Below are positions 52,440 through 64,000 of a stretch of 64,000 nucleotides of DNA, one piece after another. A program made the translations under genes and the position numbers. The stretch comes from Vitrella brassicaformis CCMP3155 (Eukaryota; Protista; Chromerida). Numbering within the stretch: the first letter of the stretch is position 1; the number at the start of each line of letters is the position of its first letter. The notes beneath the pieces were generated by a model. That model was not told the DNA's origin, searched no databases, and worked only from the letters and a program-made list of their open reading frames with translations. Where the stretch lies: positions 1 to 64,000 of the forward strand of contig CDMY01000307.1 of the NCBI GenBank assembly GCA_001179505.1, written 5' to 3'.

Positions 52440-53913
52440 CTAACACAGCTCACTCAGCGGCCCACCACACCCCCGCCCCTCTGTCTGATTGACATGGGTC
52501 CAGAATTCCGCTGCCATATTGAGGTCGAAGAAGTCAGCACACGAGCCACTCGACCAGTGGGGCGACTGCCGCAGCAGAGAGTGCCCCTCGGCCACCTCCC
52601 ACGAGCTCATCGACGTCTGTTTGCCCTCCCGCATCTCGGCGTCCAGCAGCGCCACCACGACGCCCTCGAGCGTCGACCTCGCCACCCATCCGCTGGCAGC
52701 CGGCCGATTGCACTCCTGGGACGCCGAATTGTGGGCACGGCCCGTCCACTCGTTTGGGGCGACCAAGACGGGCCGCACACCTGCACACACACGCAACACA
52801 AAGCCGCCCACACACCACATGCCGCTGTCTGTGTGTGTGTGTGTCTGCCTGCCTGTCTTGACGGCGGCCAGAGCATCCTCCAGCGGCCGGTCGCCCACAT
52901 GGGCCATGACGTGCCTCATCGGCGGCTGGTGCAGACCCCTCAACACACGCTCCTTGAAGCGGCCCGCCTTAAAGCCCTTGGGGCGGTGGAATATGACGCC
53001 GTGAGGGAAGCTATGGGCCGCCAGCCACTGTGAGGTCTGCACCTCTGTGCCTGTCCGACGGCCCGAGAGATAGACAATGGTGATGGGCAAAGAGGGAGGG
53101 TCATCCTCGGGCGGTGGGGAGGGACTAGCTGGGTGGTGCCTGGTCAAACGCTGGACGAGCTGCTGCAGGAAAGCTGAACGAACAAGAGAGAGCACAGCAG
53201 CGGACTCAGCCATGGGTGGATCGATCATTGGCCGGGCTGTTCGTACCATGGGCTTCAGGAATCGGCTGCCGTGTCGATGACGCAGCACCAGAGCGACAGA
53301 TGACAGCACACGAGGCAGGCATGCGTGTGATGCGACTGGAGAGTCTCTCTCGTGTGCCCATGAGTGAGTCACTGACTGACTGACCTCATCGAGGTGGTAG
53401 TTGTCGCCACTCAGTATCACATCCCAATCCGCCTGGCTGCGATGGACCTGATTGACCACACACACAGGCACACACACACAAACGCGTACGCATGTACGAA
53501 ACGCCACAGGACGTCCCGTGTTTCCTTCTGTCCTGTCTGTCCAGACGTACCAATCCATCGCTGCCCCTTCTGCCCGGTCTGAGTGCCAGTCGCCTCTCGA
53601 TCTTCGCCAGCGTCCCGTCGATATCAAACGACAACACTACAGAGCCGAGCACCGCATCGCTGCTGGCCTCGCCGCTCTGGCTGATCTCGCCGTAGAGTGA
53701 GGGGTCATCCGGGCTGTCATCTCTGACGTAGCGGTAGTATCGCAAGGACGAGAGGCTCTCGGCGCGTGAGCTGCTCGCCGTGGCCATGAGTGACCACTGC
53801 TGCTGCTGCTGCCACTGGTGCGGCGGGCGGTATGGATGAGAGAAACGGCGCGGCGGCGGACGGGCCATCGTCATGAACGGATGCCACGCATGGTGAGATG
53901 AAAGCATCCACAA
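52440..53913 (-). CDS. HAD-superfamily phosphatase resembling the T4 polynucleotide kinase 3'-phosphatase / LNS2-like domain
   Basis: Motif I SFDIDGTLA, motif II IVYLSGRRTGTEVQTSQWL, motif III K in RFKERVL, motif IV HVGDRPLED. Both ends uncertain (gap upstream). Confidence 0.75.
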
Positions 53914-53946
53914 AAGCGGACCTTTGCAGATTCTTGAGCTCGCAGC

Positions 53947-54246
53947 NNNNNNNNNNNNNNNNNNNNNNNNNNNNNNNNNNNNNNNNNNNNNNNNNNNNNN
54001 NNNNNNNNNNNNNNNNNNNNNNNNNNNNNNNNNNNNNNNNNNNNNNNNNNNNNNNNNNNNNNNNNNNNNNNNNNNNNNNNNNNNNNNNNNNNNNNNNNNN
54101 NNNNNNNNNNNNNNNNNNNNNNNNNNNNNNNNNNNNNNNNNNNNNNNNNNNNNNNNNNNNNNNNNNNNNNNNNNNNNNNNNNNNNNNNNNNNNNNNNNNN
54201 NNNNNNNNNNNNNNNNNNNNNNNNNNNNNNNNNNNNNNNNNNNNNN
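53947..54246. other. Assembly gap (300 N)
   Basis: Run of N; poly-C on the right flank. Confidence 1.
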
Positions 54247-54255
54247 CCCCCCCCC

Positions 54256-54678
54256 GTCTCACCAAGATGGTTTTCCTCGATTCGGCAGAGCTTCGTCCTC
54301 CCCCTCTGCCTCTTGCAGCAGCCAATCAGTGAGAAACGGCCACGCCGAGCGAAAACTGTGCACCCATCTTTGCCCTTTGCCCGTTGCATGTAGAGTCGTG
54401 GAGTTGCTGGACCACACGGCAGCGAAGATCTTGTACGATGGCCGGCTGTTCTTGTTGCTTTCCCCGACCCAGGACGGCGGGAGCTGGGGAGCCTTCAAGG
54501 CATCCATTCGTTCCTCCTTCTTGCTCCTCTATGCCGACGAGCCGTCGCCACACGCATCTCCTGTCTTCCCTACTGACAATCAGCAGCAGCAACAGCACCA
54601 GCAAATCGACAGGTGGGCAGACCACTGATCTCTTCATCTTTGCAATGAGGAGTCGAGAATTGTCGCTTGTCCGTGCTG

Positions 54679-54709
<31 letters not shown>

Positions 54710-56292
54710 AGCAGTGTGGAGACCGCCATCCTTCTCGATGGCTGCCACGCTGACCTCGCTGAATTGGGGCCTGAATTCGAGGACTCAGACCACCAGATCG
54801 CTCTGCAAACCAACCCCCAATGGACCAGCCGCTTCGTTGCCTCCGTGTCAGGACCCTTCTTCCCCTTCTATGTGTCTCTCGTCAAGGAGGACTCTCCTCG
54901 TGGCTCATCTGGGTATCTGTTTCTGGCCCGCTCATCTGCCGAGAGAGACAACTGGCTGCGGCTGATCAACGACCCCTTCTCTCGCGTGACGCTGAGCCAC
55001 GCGCAGTCGTCTGTTGTCGCCATCGGCCGCAAGCCGCCGCTTCGCCTGGTGGATGGCGGCAGACGGGCTGATGCCGCCTGCTGGGACGTCACTCGGCTGG
55101 AGCGGGAGGTGGCCGGCCTGCAGAGGAGCCTGGGCAAGCGCAACACAGAGGCGGCGTCCTGCCAGGCGGCGATGCAAGAGCTGCTGAATGAGAAGACGGC
55201 CCACATTGAGAGACTGCGAAGGGAATACGGGGCGATGAAGGAGAGGCTCACAGATCTAATGCGGGCCGACGAGCAGCGGCTGGCAACGGTGCAGAGGTAC
55301 GACACGCGCATCGCTGCGCTAGAGGAGGACAACCGGCGGCTGAGGCATGTCATCAGCCAAGTGGAGGAGGAGAACTCCCGCGTCAAGGATGACATCGAGT
55401 GGTCCTGGGACGATGACCAGGGAGAGCAGACGACAGCGGCTGTTGGGCAGCCAGAGGGGAGAGACAGCCAGGTGCCGACGTCCACCGCCGCGCGCATCGT
55501 CAAGCTCAGGACGGCAAACGCCGAGCTGAGGGCCGAGAACAATCGGCTGAGGTGAGTGAGACACGAACACACACACCTTGATCAGACTTCTTTGTGTCTG
55601 GTCTGTTGGCAGGAGTGTCCTGTCTGATAAGCGACACGACGAGAAGGACTGCCTGGCCCACATTGAGAGTTTCCTGGACGAGCGGCAGGGGCTGTCGCTG
55701 CTGCGGCTGCTGATGGACAAGAGTGCCCTCCTCGTGAGACACACAAGGACGCCAGAGACAGACAGACGGTTTGTCCGTGTGTGTGTCTGTCTGTAGGGAC
55801 GGCTCACTCAGCGAGGCCTGACGGCCATTCAGAAGGAACACACCCACAGAAGGCATTCAAGAGACACAGAGGAAACGAAACACACATGTGCACGATGCGG
55901 CATGATGTGTGTGCGTGTTCGTGTGTGTGTGAATGCAGGTTGGCAGCGGTTTCGGCTGAGTAGGATGTGTGTGTCAAGGAGGTCGAGTCGAGACATTTGC
56001 AGCTCCGGACACTCTTGCTGGAGACGGAACTGAGGTAGCCTACTTGCGTGTGACAGTGGCTCACTCCTGCACCCGCCTCTTGTCTATCAGCCACTGGGAA
56101 GACTCGGTGCCGCCTGCACTGCACAAGGGACATCCGCCGCATTTGTCCATCGTCGAACAGGTCGGCACCGCTCATTTGTGCCGCACATCTTTGGTGTGTG
56201 TTGTAGGCTGTGTGTGTGTGTGTTGTGATTGGCAGGTGGTCAAGTATCAGCAAGAGATGCTTCGAATTGCGACTGGAGAAGCGCACGGGTGA
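54256..56292 (+). CDS. PH-domain plus coiled-coil protein
   Basis: KILYDGRLFLL...SFLLLYADE and YLFLARSSAERDNWLRLIN (PH C-terminal helix with Trp), followed by long heptads (VTRLEREVAGLQRSL...IAALEEDNRRLRH). May start in the gap. Confidence 0.7.
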
Positions 56293-56638
56293 AACAGTTG
56301 CATTGAGACGTTATAGCGTCGGTTTGTGCAATGCGATTTGCCGTGTGACTTGTGAGATTGGCCATTTTTGACATGAAAATGCACCCGTACGTGCGAGGCA
56401 GACAGGCCAACGCGCACTTCGTCCATCCATCCATCCATGTCCATGTCAGTCTGCACTCACTGCTGCTGGGCTGTGGCGGCTCGATGGCTGAAGGGCAACA
56501 GAGAGAGAGAGAGAGAGACAGGAGGCAAGAGCGACCGATGCAACGCCGCATGGACAGTCATAGCTACGTCACAGTCGGCAGAGTGTCGATAGGCAGAGGC
56601 ACACACACGCGGTCTATCGTCCCTCCCTCACTGCAAAT

Positions 56639-59200
56639 TCACTTGAACATCAATTTGAGTGTGAATATGAACCCATACCAACCACACTCACACTCACTCT
56701 TCTTGACGGTGTAGTGCGGTGCGGTCTGCCTGGCGCACTCATCCGCAAACGAGCGGAGGTCGGCCAGCTTATCGGCCTCGCTGTCTCCCTCCAGCCCACT
56801 CTCCTCCAGCCGTGCCTCCAACTCGACACTCACTGGCCGCAGAGCCAAAGCTAGCTTGATGAACTCTCTCACGCCGGCCTTGCTGCATAGGGATGAAGAG
56901 GTCAGGCGATCGATGGAAGGGCGGCGGTCGCCCCATGAGGCAGGGGCGTCCGCCGGCCACTCGCACACCACACGCCAGCCCGACTCACTGATCCTGACCT
57001 CATCTAGCTGACCTACGGACAAGTAGGACAGAAACTCACAGGCGGCAGCGAAGCTAGACACGCCATAGAGCCGGACACCCTTGAGTGTCCCCAGTCCGCC
57101 CACAAGCGGCCTCAGTTTGCTACTGGCGGCGCGCACGTCAGCCAGGGACAGCGAGAAAGAGAACACCAGCAACTCCTTGACAGCAGGGAAGCATCGGCTG
57201 GTCGACCGCCTTCCCTCTCCGTCTCCCTGCCTCTCGGCCAGCCACTCGGGGATGCTGTCTTCCACCGCTCCCGATGCACTCACGCCCTGCTTTGTCGTGA
57301 ACTTGATCTCGAGCTTCTTGGCCTTGGTGAAGATGAGCTTCTGGCGCCACGACTCGTGCAGCGGAGTGCCACCGAGCTTCAACCTCAGCTGCACACAGCA
57401 GAAACGCACTTGTGGTCCTGTCAGATGGTCTCCCTCCCTTGTCTGCCACATTCCTGACATGTGTCGCATTGGCCGCCAGCCGCGTGGCGATCTCTTCGTA
57501 GAGGCCGTCGGGCGCCGGAGGGGCAGTGGCAGCCGTCGTGCTGCAGTCGATGGTCATGGGACCCGACTCTGGCAGCCAATCGAGCTGGCAGTGGCCATCC
57601 GCCACCCACTCGCTGATGCCCTCCATGTCGGCCACCCGGAGTCCGTAGTCCACACCGATCTCAGCATCAACCACCACGAATCCCAGCCTCTTCGGCGCAC
57701 CTGCATGAAACATAGGAGGGGACAAGCCAGGATAAGCCACCCTTGTGCCCCGATGCACTTCTTGTTGAGCGCACATTTCGGCTCTTGTGTGTTGCAGTGT
57801 TTGCTGAGGGTGTCCTTGAGCTGATTGATGCGGCCGAACTGGTCCATCTTGATCTGCAGGCCGGTGAGGGTGGTGAGGTGGGGGCAGCCGGCGAGGGCGG
57901 GGATGAAGCCGGCCCACTGGTCGTCGTCGTTGTCGAATGTGATGCTGTCGGCCTCCAGGCGCCTTATCATGGGGGATGTCTCGAGGAGGCGCACGAGGTG
58001 GGGCGTATGATCGGTGTGGAGGGTGCCGACTCGCAGTGTTGTGAGGGCCGGGAAGATCCATCGACGCCTCCTGCAGACACACACACGTCGAAGCAAGAGA
58101 TCAATGGCTGTGCGGTTGGCGCGCCAACGCTGACTCCCCTGACGAACGTACCTGAGGTAGTCAAGACCTGCAAGGCCACGGACGTCCAAGTCGGTCAATG
58201 ATGAGAACACGATGGGCCCGGCATCCGGCGTCCGTGACCAGCTCTCGACGTTCAGGGTGATCTTCTTGAGTGAGTCCTTGTTGGCCTCCAACAGCTTCGA
58301 CGCCACAGGCGGGACCACTCGGGCGTCGACAAAGGCCGTCTGGATCTTGCCCTGTACGCACACACACCAACAGGTCGCATCGCACCATGTGTGTGTCGCT
58401 TCTGTCATGACCCACCCAGCCCTCTCACCATGTGCTTCAAGTGCTGTAGCGTCTTGATCTTGTCGTAGATGCGCTCCTCGCCACGCGTCATGGTGAAGTT
58501 GCGGAACACGCCAAACGTCTTGTCGGTGGCCTTCTCGTGAGTCACTCTGTTGACGCGCGAGAGGCGGATGTTGTCGATGGTGCTCAGGAAGGAGCCCAGG
58601 GGGCTGAAGACTTCCTCGGGCAGTCCAGACAGACTCGGACGGCCGTATGGCTTCTGACATACACACACACATACACAGGTGCACAGCACACTGGTAAAGG
58701 CTGTCACGGTGGCTGCCACTTCTCTGTGCCAGTCACCTTGGGCGTGTTCATCGGCCTTGATGTCCCCTCTGCAGGACCACACACATCCACCGACCCACCT
58801 GAAGGTACCACACACACAACACAACACAAGTCAACAACCAAGGCATAGAGCAGTCATGCCGGCGCGGTGCGGTGCAGAAGATCCGATCCATCATCGGGTG
58901 GGGAGTGGGGTTGGTGTACCTCCAGCAGCGGCAGCAGCCGATTCAAGAGCTACACGTCTACGCTTGCTCTCGCCCTCATCACAAGCAGACACCTGGATGA
59001 ACACAGCTCAAAGAAGCAGCACGGATGCCATCGCCATGAGCCGAGCTGGTCCACCGGTGTGCGCTGTAGGTTTGTCTGTCCTTACCGCTGCGGATTTCTG
59101 TGGTTTGGTGGTGGTCCCAACCACTGCACCGCCCTCGCGCTGGTCACTCTTCTTGCCCCACCGGAACGTCTTACCGCCCATTCGCTGACGTGGACACACA

Positions 59201-59234
<34 letters not shown>

Positions 59235-60094
59235 TCTGCACTAGAGGTCAACGCACGTGTGACTGTCCTGTAGATGGTTACCAGGTCTTGGTTGTACTGG
59301 GGTGGTGGCTTGGTCCGGTGCGGCACCGTGACCGGCTTGAGCTCCTCCTCCCTCCCCTCCACCTCCCGCATGAACACCACAGTGCCGCCATTGGTCTCCT
59401 GGGTGTCGTACACGACGGCCGTCACCCACACAGACTCCCCCGTCTGCTGCTCGGCCGCCACCGACACACGAGTGCCGACCTCGTAACGAGGCGCCCGCAG
59501 TGTCTGACCACAGACACACACACAAATGGCAACACGCATAGGGATGGCCGTACCTACCTGATCGTGAGAGGTCATGCCGTCCTTACGAGAGTGTCGTAGT
59601 CAGTCGTGATCTGTGTCAACTCTTTGGCAGAGGCCGAGCGGACGGCGGCGGGATTGCCCGGGATGGCCGACAGCGATGCACCATCCTGCAGGCAACAGAC
59701 AGGAAGATGGTTGACAAGTGAGTCTTGCAGCTCGGCTGTGTGGTGTCTTCTGCGGACAGACCTGTGTGGTGCTGTCGGTGTGTGTGGCTGTGATGTGGTC
59801 TGCCCGCTCAGCTGCATCAGAGGCAATCTGAGAGGCGACCTGTACAGCGAGATGACTCTTGCTGTGTGTCATGTGAGCGGCCTTCTCCCTCCCTTAAGGA
59901 CCGAGTGTATCTGTTGCAGAAGATCACGAGAAGAGCTGCCGCCGCTATCATCGCCACTCGGTCCGCCTGCAGCACACAACCACCACGCCAGCCAGCCACA
60001 TCACATAAAGATGAAGCGTGTGGTGGCGTGTGTGACCTGCAGAGGCGGCCGGGGCGTCATCTCTGTCTATGTTCATCATTTCGCTGTCAGCCAT
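56639..60094 (-). CDS. Family Y (F-box-like plus LRR-like), right copy, apparently intact
   Basis: MADSEMMNIDRDDAPAASA...KPYGRPSLSGLPEEVFSPLGSFLSTIDNIRLSRVNR...WIFPALTTLRVG...LAGCPHLTTLTGL...FTLKLMFK*. No stops seen in the exons checked. Confidence 0.7.
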
Positions 60095-60400
60095 CTGCAC
60101 TGAGTGTGAGCGCCTCTCAGTCGGCTTCCCGAACCTCACAGTACCATTACCTACAAACACACCAACACAAACACAATCGCTTCCAAACGTCGTTCTCTTC
60201 GTTTGTTTCTCTGCATCTCGTCTGCCCTGCTGGCTGCCTGACTGCCTGAGGGTGTCTGCCTTCCTCAGCCTTTCTGTTGGCTTGCCTGTCTGACTGGTAG
60301 TCAGCGCCGCTCAGATGTGACTGTGATCAAAACATCGCCCATAATTCCCCCCGGGGTTCCTCCTCTTGTTCTTGAGCTCGCAGCGTAAACGGAAGAAGCA

Positions 60401-61792
60401 GTGAGGGAATGCGATAGGAAGCGGCAGAAGGGCCCGGTGGCGGCCTCAGCAGCCGCCTCCAGCGCTGCTGATTCGGCCAACCAGCCGCCCCGTTTGTTCC
60501 GCCTGCCCCAGGACGTCGAACAGCTGTTTTTCCCTCTCTGTGGCGCTGACGGCCTGGCTCTCTTTCGGCACACATGCCCCCTCGGCAGCCGCCGTGTGTC
60601 GGAGGACTACATCAAATCGCAAATCGACCGCCTGATGGTCGCCAAGGGCATCCAGAATGTCGTCAGCTATCGGGTGCCGTGGAGGGCGCGGAGGGACCAG
60701 CTGCGGCCGATGGACTTCCTCCTGCGGCTGCTGGTACATGGACGCACTCCATCTATCACATACTGTGTGTCTGTTGTCATGTCTGTGTATGTGGCAGTAT
60801 GTCATCGAGAAGAGCGGCGACTGGGCGGGGTGGGAGGCCATCGTCAGGATGGCGAAGCATCGGGGGCTGATGGGGCGGTTGCCGATAGAGCTGACCAGTG
60901 CTGATGTGGAGGGTGTGGGCAGCCGGGCGGTAGTCGACGGGCGGTGTGAGGCGCTGCGCCAGCTGTCCCTCATCGGCCGCCACCTCGGTGTGGCGCTGCA
61001 GCGCGACAACAAGGGCGAGGAGCGGCTGAATGGGCGTCTGCTGACCATCCACACACTGCACACGCTGCCGGCCGACCACCCCTTCCGCGATAGATATGAC
61101 CCGGCAAACCCCGTGTGTGAGTTTGACGGTGAGGGAGGGAGGGAGGGAGGGAGGGAGGGAGAGCTATGGGCAATGGACCATTTGCTTGCGTGTGTGTATG
61201 TGTCTTTGCAGGCTTTGCGTTTGCTTCAATTCGCGACGCTGTGTTGTATGAGTGAGAAATATGAGCAGAATGATACACATAAACACATTAGCACATTGGC
61301 TGCGTCGCTCTGCCATGATGTGTCTGGTCAGGATGCGTTATAGGGGGTCGGAGGTCGCGGACCAGTATGTCTACCAGCACCTAGATGCCCCACGCCACAA
61401 CCGACTGGTCAGCCGCATACAGACACCCACGATTGCCTCACCAGCTGCCCCATTAGCTCATTGTCTTATCCTTTTCGCTTCAGCGGGAGCTCGCCCATCA
61501 GCAGCCTCCCGTCTGGAAGTGCGGCACCATCAGCACCAACCACTATGCGGCAGGAGACCGCGCGCGCGTGATAGTGCTGCACGGCGACCAGCCCCAGCAC
61601 ACATTCGAGGCTCACCTCTACATCTTCGGCGGCTCCACCTTTTCCCACGCCAGACTCTACACGACGGAGCGTCCGGTGGCGGGCAGGATGGGAGCCGCCA
61701 GATTCCCACAGACTGTGAGGGTGGTGCGGGAGGTCATGGGGGCCGACGCACAGGGGGCGTTTGGCAATCAGCTAGCCGTAGCCGTAGACTAA
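60401..61792 (+). CDS. Family X, copy 3; exons in frame but the homologous start ATG appears lost
   Basis: GCGATAGGAAGCGG vs GGGATGAGGAAGCGG in copy 1 (1-bp loss in the ATG), with an in-frame TAA at 60386. Downstream exons splice in phase to ...AFGNQLAVAVD*. Confidence 0.65.
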
Positions 61793-62241
61793 TCTGTTGA
61801 TCTTTCAACTCTCGAGTGTACAGACAGCCTTCTTGTCGGCCTGTTGGCCACGCCAACAGGCGGCAGGCAGACAGGCAGGTGTGTGTTCGAGAGACTGACT
61901 GACAGACAAGTTGACGGATGCATTATGTGTGGTGTGGCTGCCTGCATGGGGTGGGGAGGGGTACTTATTTGAATGGATTGACAGACTGCCTTCCTGCCTG
62001 TGTGTGGGTGTCTGACGGATTTTTTCAATGGGAGGATGCAGTACGTGGGAATCCTTTTTCTCACCACACACAGATTCATTCACCAACACCGAACACGCAT
62101 TGTCAGCCACCATCCACCATTCTGCAAGTGCAGCACTGCATCTTACAAGCGACAGCGACATTGCCAGTGTCCTCACTGCAGTCATCGATAGATTGACACA
62201 TTGAACAAAACCACCCCGGCACCGCCCCACTAAGCTCTTCA

Positions 62242-62991
62242 CGAGTGTGTGACGTCCATTCGGCTCTGCTCGACCACCTGCAGCACATCACCCAGACGCA
62301 CCGGCTCCGCACACGCACCAACCTGCACACACACATGACCCATGTCAGGCCTCTCTCTGCGTCTGCGTACCATCTTGACTGTCATGGCTCCCGCAGCGCA
62401 GCCGAGCTTCAGACCGAGCTCCACAGAGCGGCCCCACACCCAGCCGAACAGAAAGCCCGCATCGAAGGCATCGCCCGCACCGGTGGCGTCCACAATGGCC
62501 TCACTCGGTAAGGACACAGCCGGGCACCGATACACACGATATGGCAAAGAACTGCACAGACAGACAGGCAGCATGAGAGGGCAGACAGAGAGTGGCGGGG
62601 CGGGATGGGTGTGTGTGGATGTGTGTGCATCATCTTACCTGTCCTGTGTGTCTGGGTGTGTCTTTCGCTGTGCTGCGATAGCGCCGCGGTCGCCCTGCTT
62701 CATGACCACCAGGGGGACGCGGCGCACGAGCCAATCGAGGGCGGCCATGCGGTCAGACACATCTGCACGCACTCATGGTGTGGCTGAGTGGTGGATGGGA
62801 TGTTGTTGTGTGTTGACTGACTGGCGTACTCGCGATGCGCGTGGCCTCGGTCTCGTTGGGGAGGAAGCAGTCGATCAGCGGCAGGACGTCACCCATGCCG
62901 TCGAACCGATCTGAACACACACACACACACCCATCCATCTCTGTGTGTGTGTGTGTGTGTGTGTTGGTGTCTAGCTAAAGGCGCACCCACC
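62242..62991 (-). pseudogene. Duplicated 3' fragment of the PfkB gene (last exons only)
   Basis: FLPNETEATRIAS, VMKQGDRGA and DATGAGDAFDAGF are present; homology to 2867-3612 ends at the donor GGTGG|GTGCGCC. Confidence 0.85.
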
Positions 62992-63411
62992 ACCAGTACA
63001 TGTATGTGTCTTGCCGTTCTCTGTATGTTTCTGTGTGAGTGGCGCGAGTGCAGTGTGACAGAGACGCCTGGGACACAAATCATTCGAATGCTTCGGTTGT
63101 CCGCATTGGCTTTGACGACGATCCCTTCACACAGTCTGGCAATGACGACGGGCATTACGGGATGTCCCATGCCATCTGTCTCTGTACACACACAAATGTG
63201 TCCACGGATGGATCCATTGTCATTGTCATGCCCACATGCAGCCAATGCACACACCACCACACACCCAGTCCACTAAACAGTCAGCTACTTGTGTGTCTTC
63301 CTTGACGCCATCCAGCCGCCCTGCAGAACACACACCAACACACACAGACACACACAATGCACACACAGATCAGGTCCTCTGCATCATGTGTGTGGCCCTC
63401 ACCTTCATGGT

Positions 63412-64000
63412 CTACGGTGCCTGGCCGTCGAGGACGATGGGGGCGATGGGGCCGAGGACGCGGCGGGCCTTGCCGGCCGTCAGGGGGAATCGCTGGGCGA
63501 AGGGCGCGTCATGGGCCACACCTGCTGCTGACGCCTCGGTGGTATAGACGGTGACGCTCACTGCACGCAAACGATAGCGGATGATCAGACAACATGACAG
63601 CAATGAGTACCGTCCTGGTTGTCGCCTGGAGGGGTGCCCAAGGCAATGTATGCGATGAAGGGGTCATCCGACGATGTCAAAACATGCAGCCGCACACACA
63701 GCCCATCGACCGCCTCGTAGTCCATCACGTGTGAGCAGTCGTCGAATGGCGTGTGTGGCGGTCGGGTCAGCATACGATCCAGATGGCCGCCACGCTCACT
63801 CCTGACACACACATCCATGTTTGAAACAGACTACGAGCGACCTGCTCTCTTCATCCACTTACCGGTCTACCGCCACCATCGGCGACTCAGAGGTGCCGCC
63901 CACAGCCATCCTTCGATGAAGCACCATCAGGCCCTTCAGCAGGCAACTCGCCGACGGATTGACGCCCCCTCGTTGGCGGCGACAGCCGCCCAGCCCACAA
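63412..64000 (-). CDS. 3' exons of a distant family-X-like gene (runs off window)
   Basis: ...PFIAYIALGTPPGDNQD|VSVTVYTTEASAAGVAHDAPFAQRFPLTAGKARRVLGPIAPIVLDGQAP* resembles X's LWTTEPP..G...ARFPETVRVARQVMG. Confidence 0.55.

Larger units (their letters stand above)
56380..62060. repeat. Inverted segmental duplication, right arm
   Basis: Reverse-complement homolog of 46360-52290; boundaries approximate. Confidence 0.9.

Noticed and set aside
63000-63300. Short coding-like stretch (RVQCDRDAWDTNHSNASVVRIGFDDDPF)
   Set aside because: No supportable gene model on either strand.

Overview
Eukaryotic, intron-dense nuclear DNA with three 300-N gaps. Introns are short GT-AG introns packed with CA/TG, CAGA/TCTG and CCAT/GGAT microsatellites. 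This style and the gene families suggest a chromerid alveolate such as Vitrella brassicaformis (inference, not a database result). Most ORF-track entries are microsatellite noise, so the gene models below were rebuilt by hand from splice sites and codon phases. Recognisable genes: the TDP1 3' end, a BTB/POZ-PfkB kinase fusion, an RTX-repeat surface protein, a head-to-head pair of paralogous secreted helical proteins, a 2OG-Fe(II) oxygenase, an RNI-type LRR protein, a gustatory-receptor-like 7TM ion channel, a P2X receptor, VPS34, a HAD phosphatase resembling the T4 PNK phosphatase domain, and a PH/coiled-coil protein. Three close copies of a lineage-specific family ('X') and two of an F-box-like/LRR-like family ('Y') sit in one inverted (~5.7-5.9 kb arms) and one direct (~2.6 kb) segmental duplication. 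A 404-bp MITE with an 8-bp TSD interrupts one X copy, and a non-LTR endonuclease fragment lies among several decayed genes. Most striking: the GR-like channel next to a P2X channel, the BTB-PfkB fusion, the bacterial-type RTX module in a spliced gene, and introns with complementary (CA)n...(TG)n arms that could fold the splice sites together.
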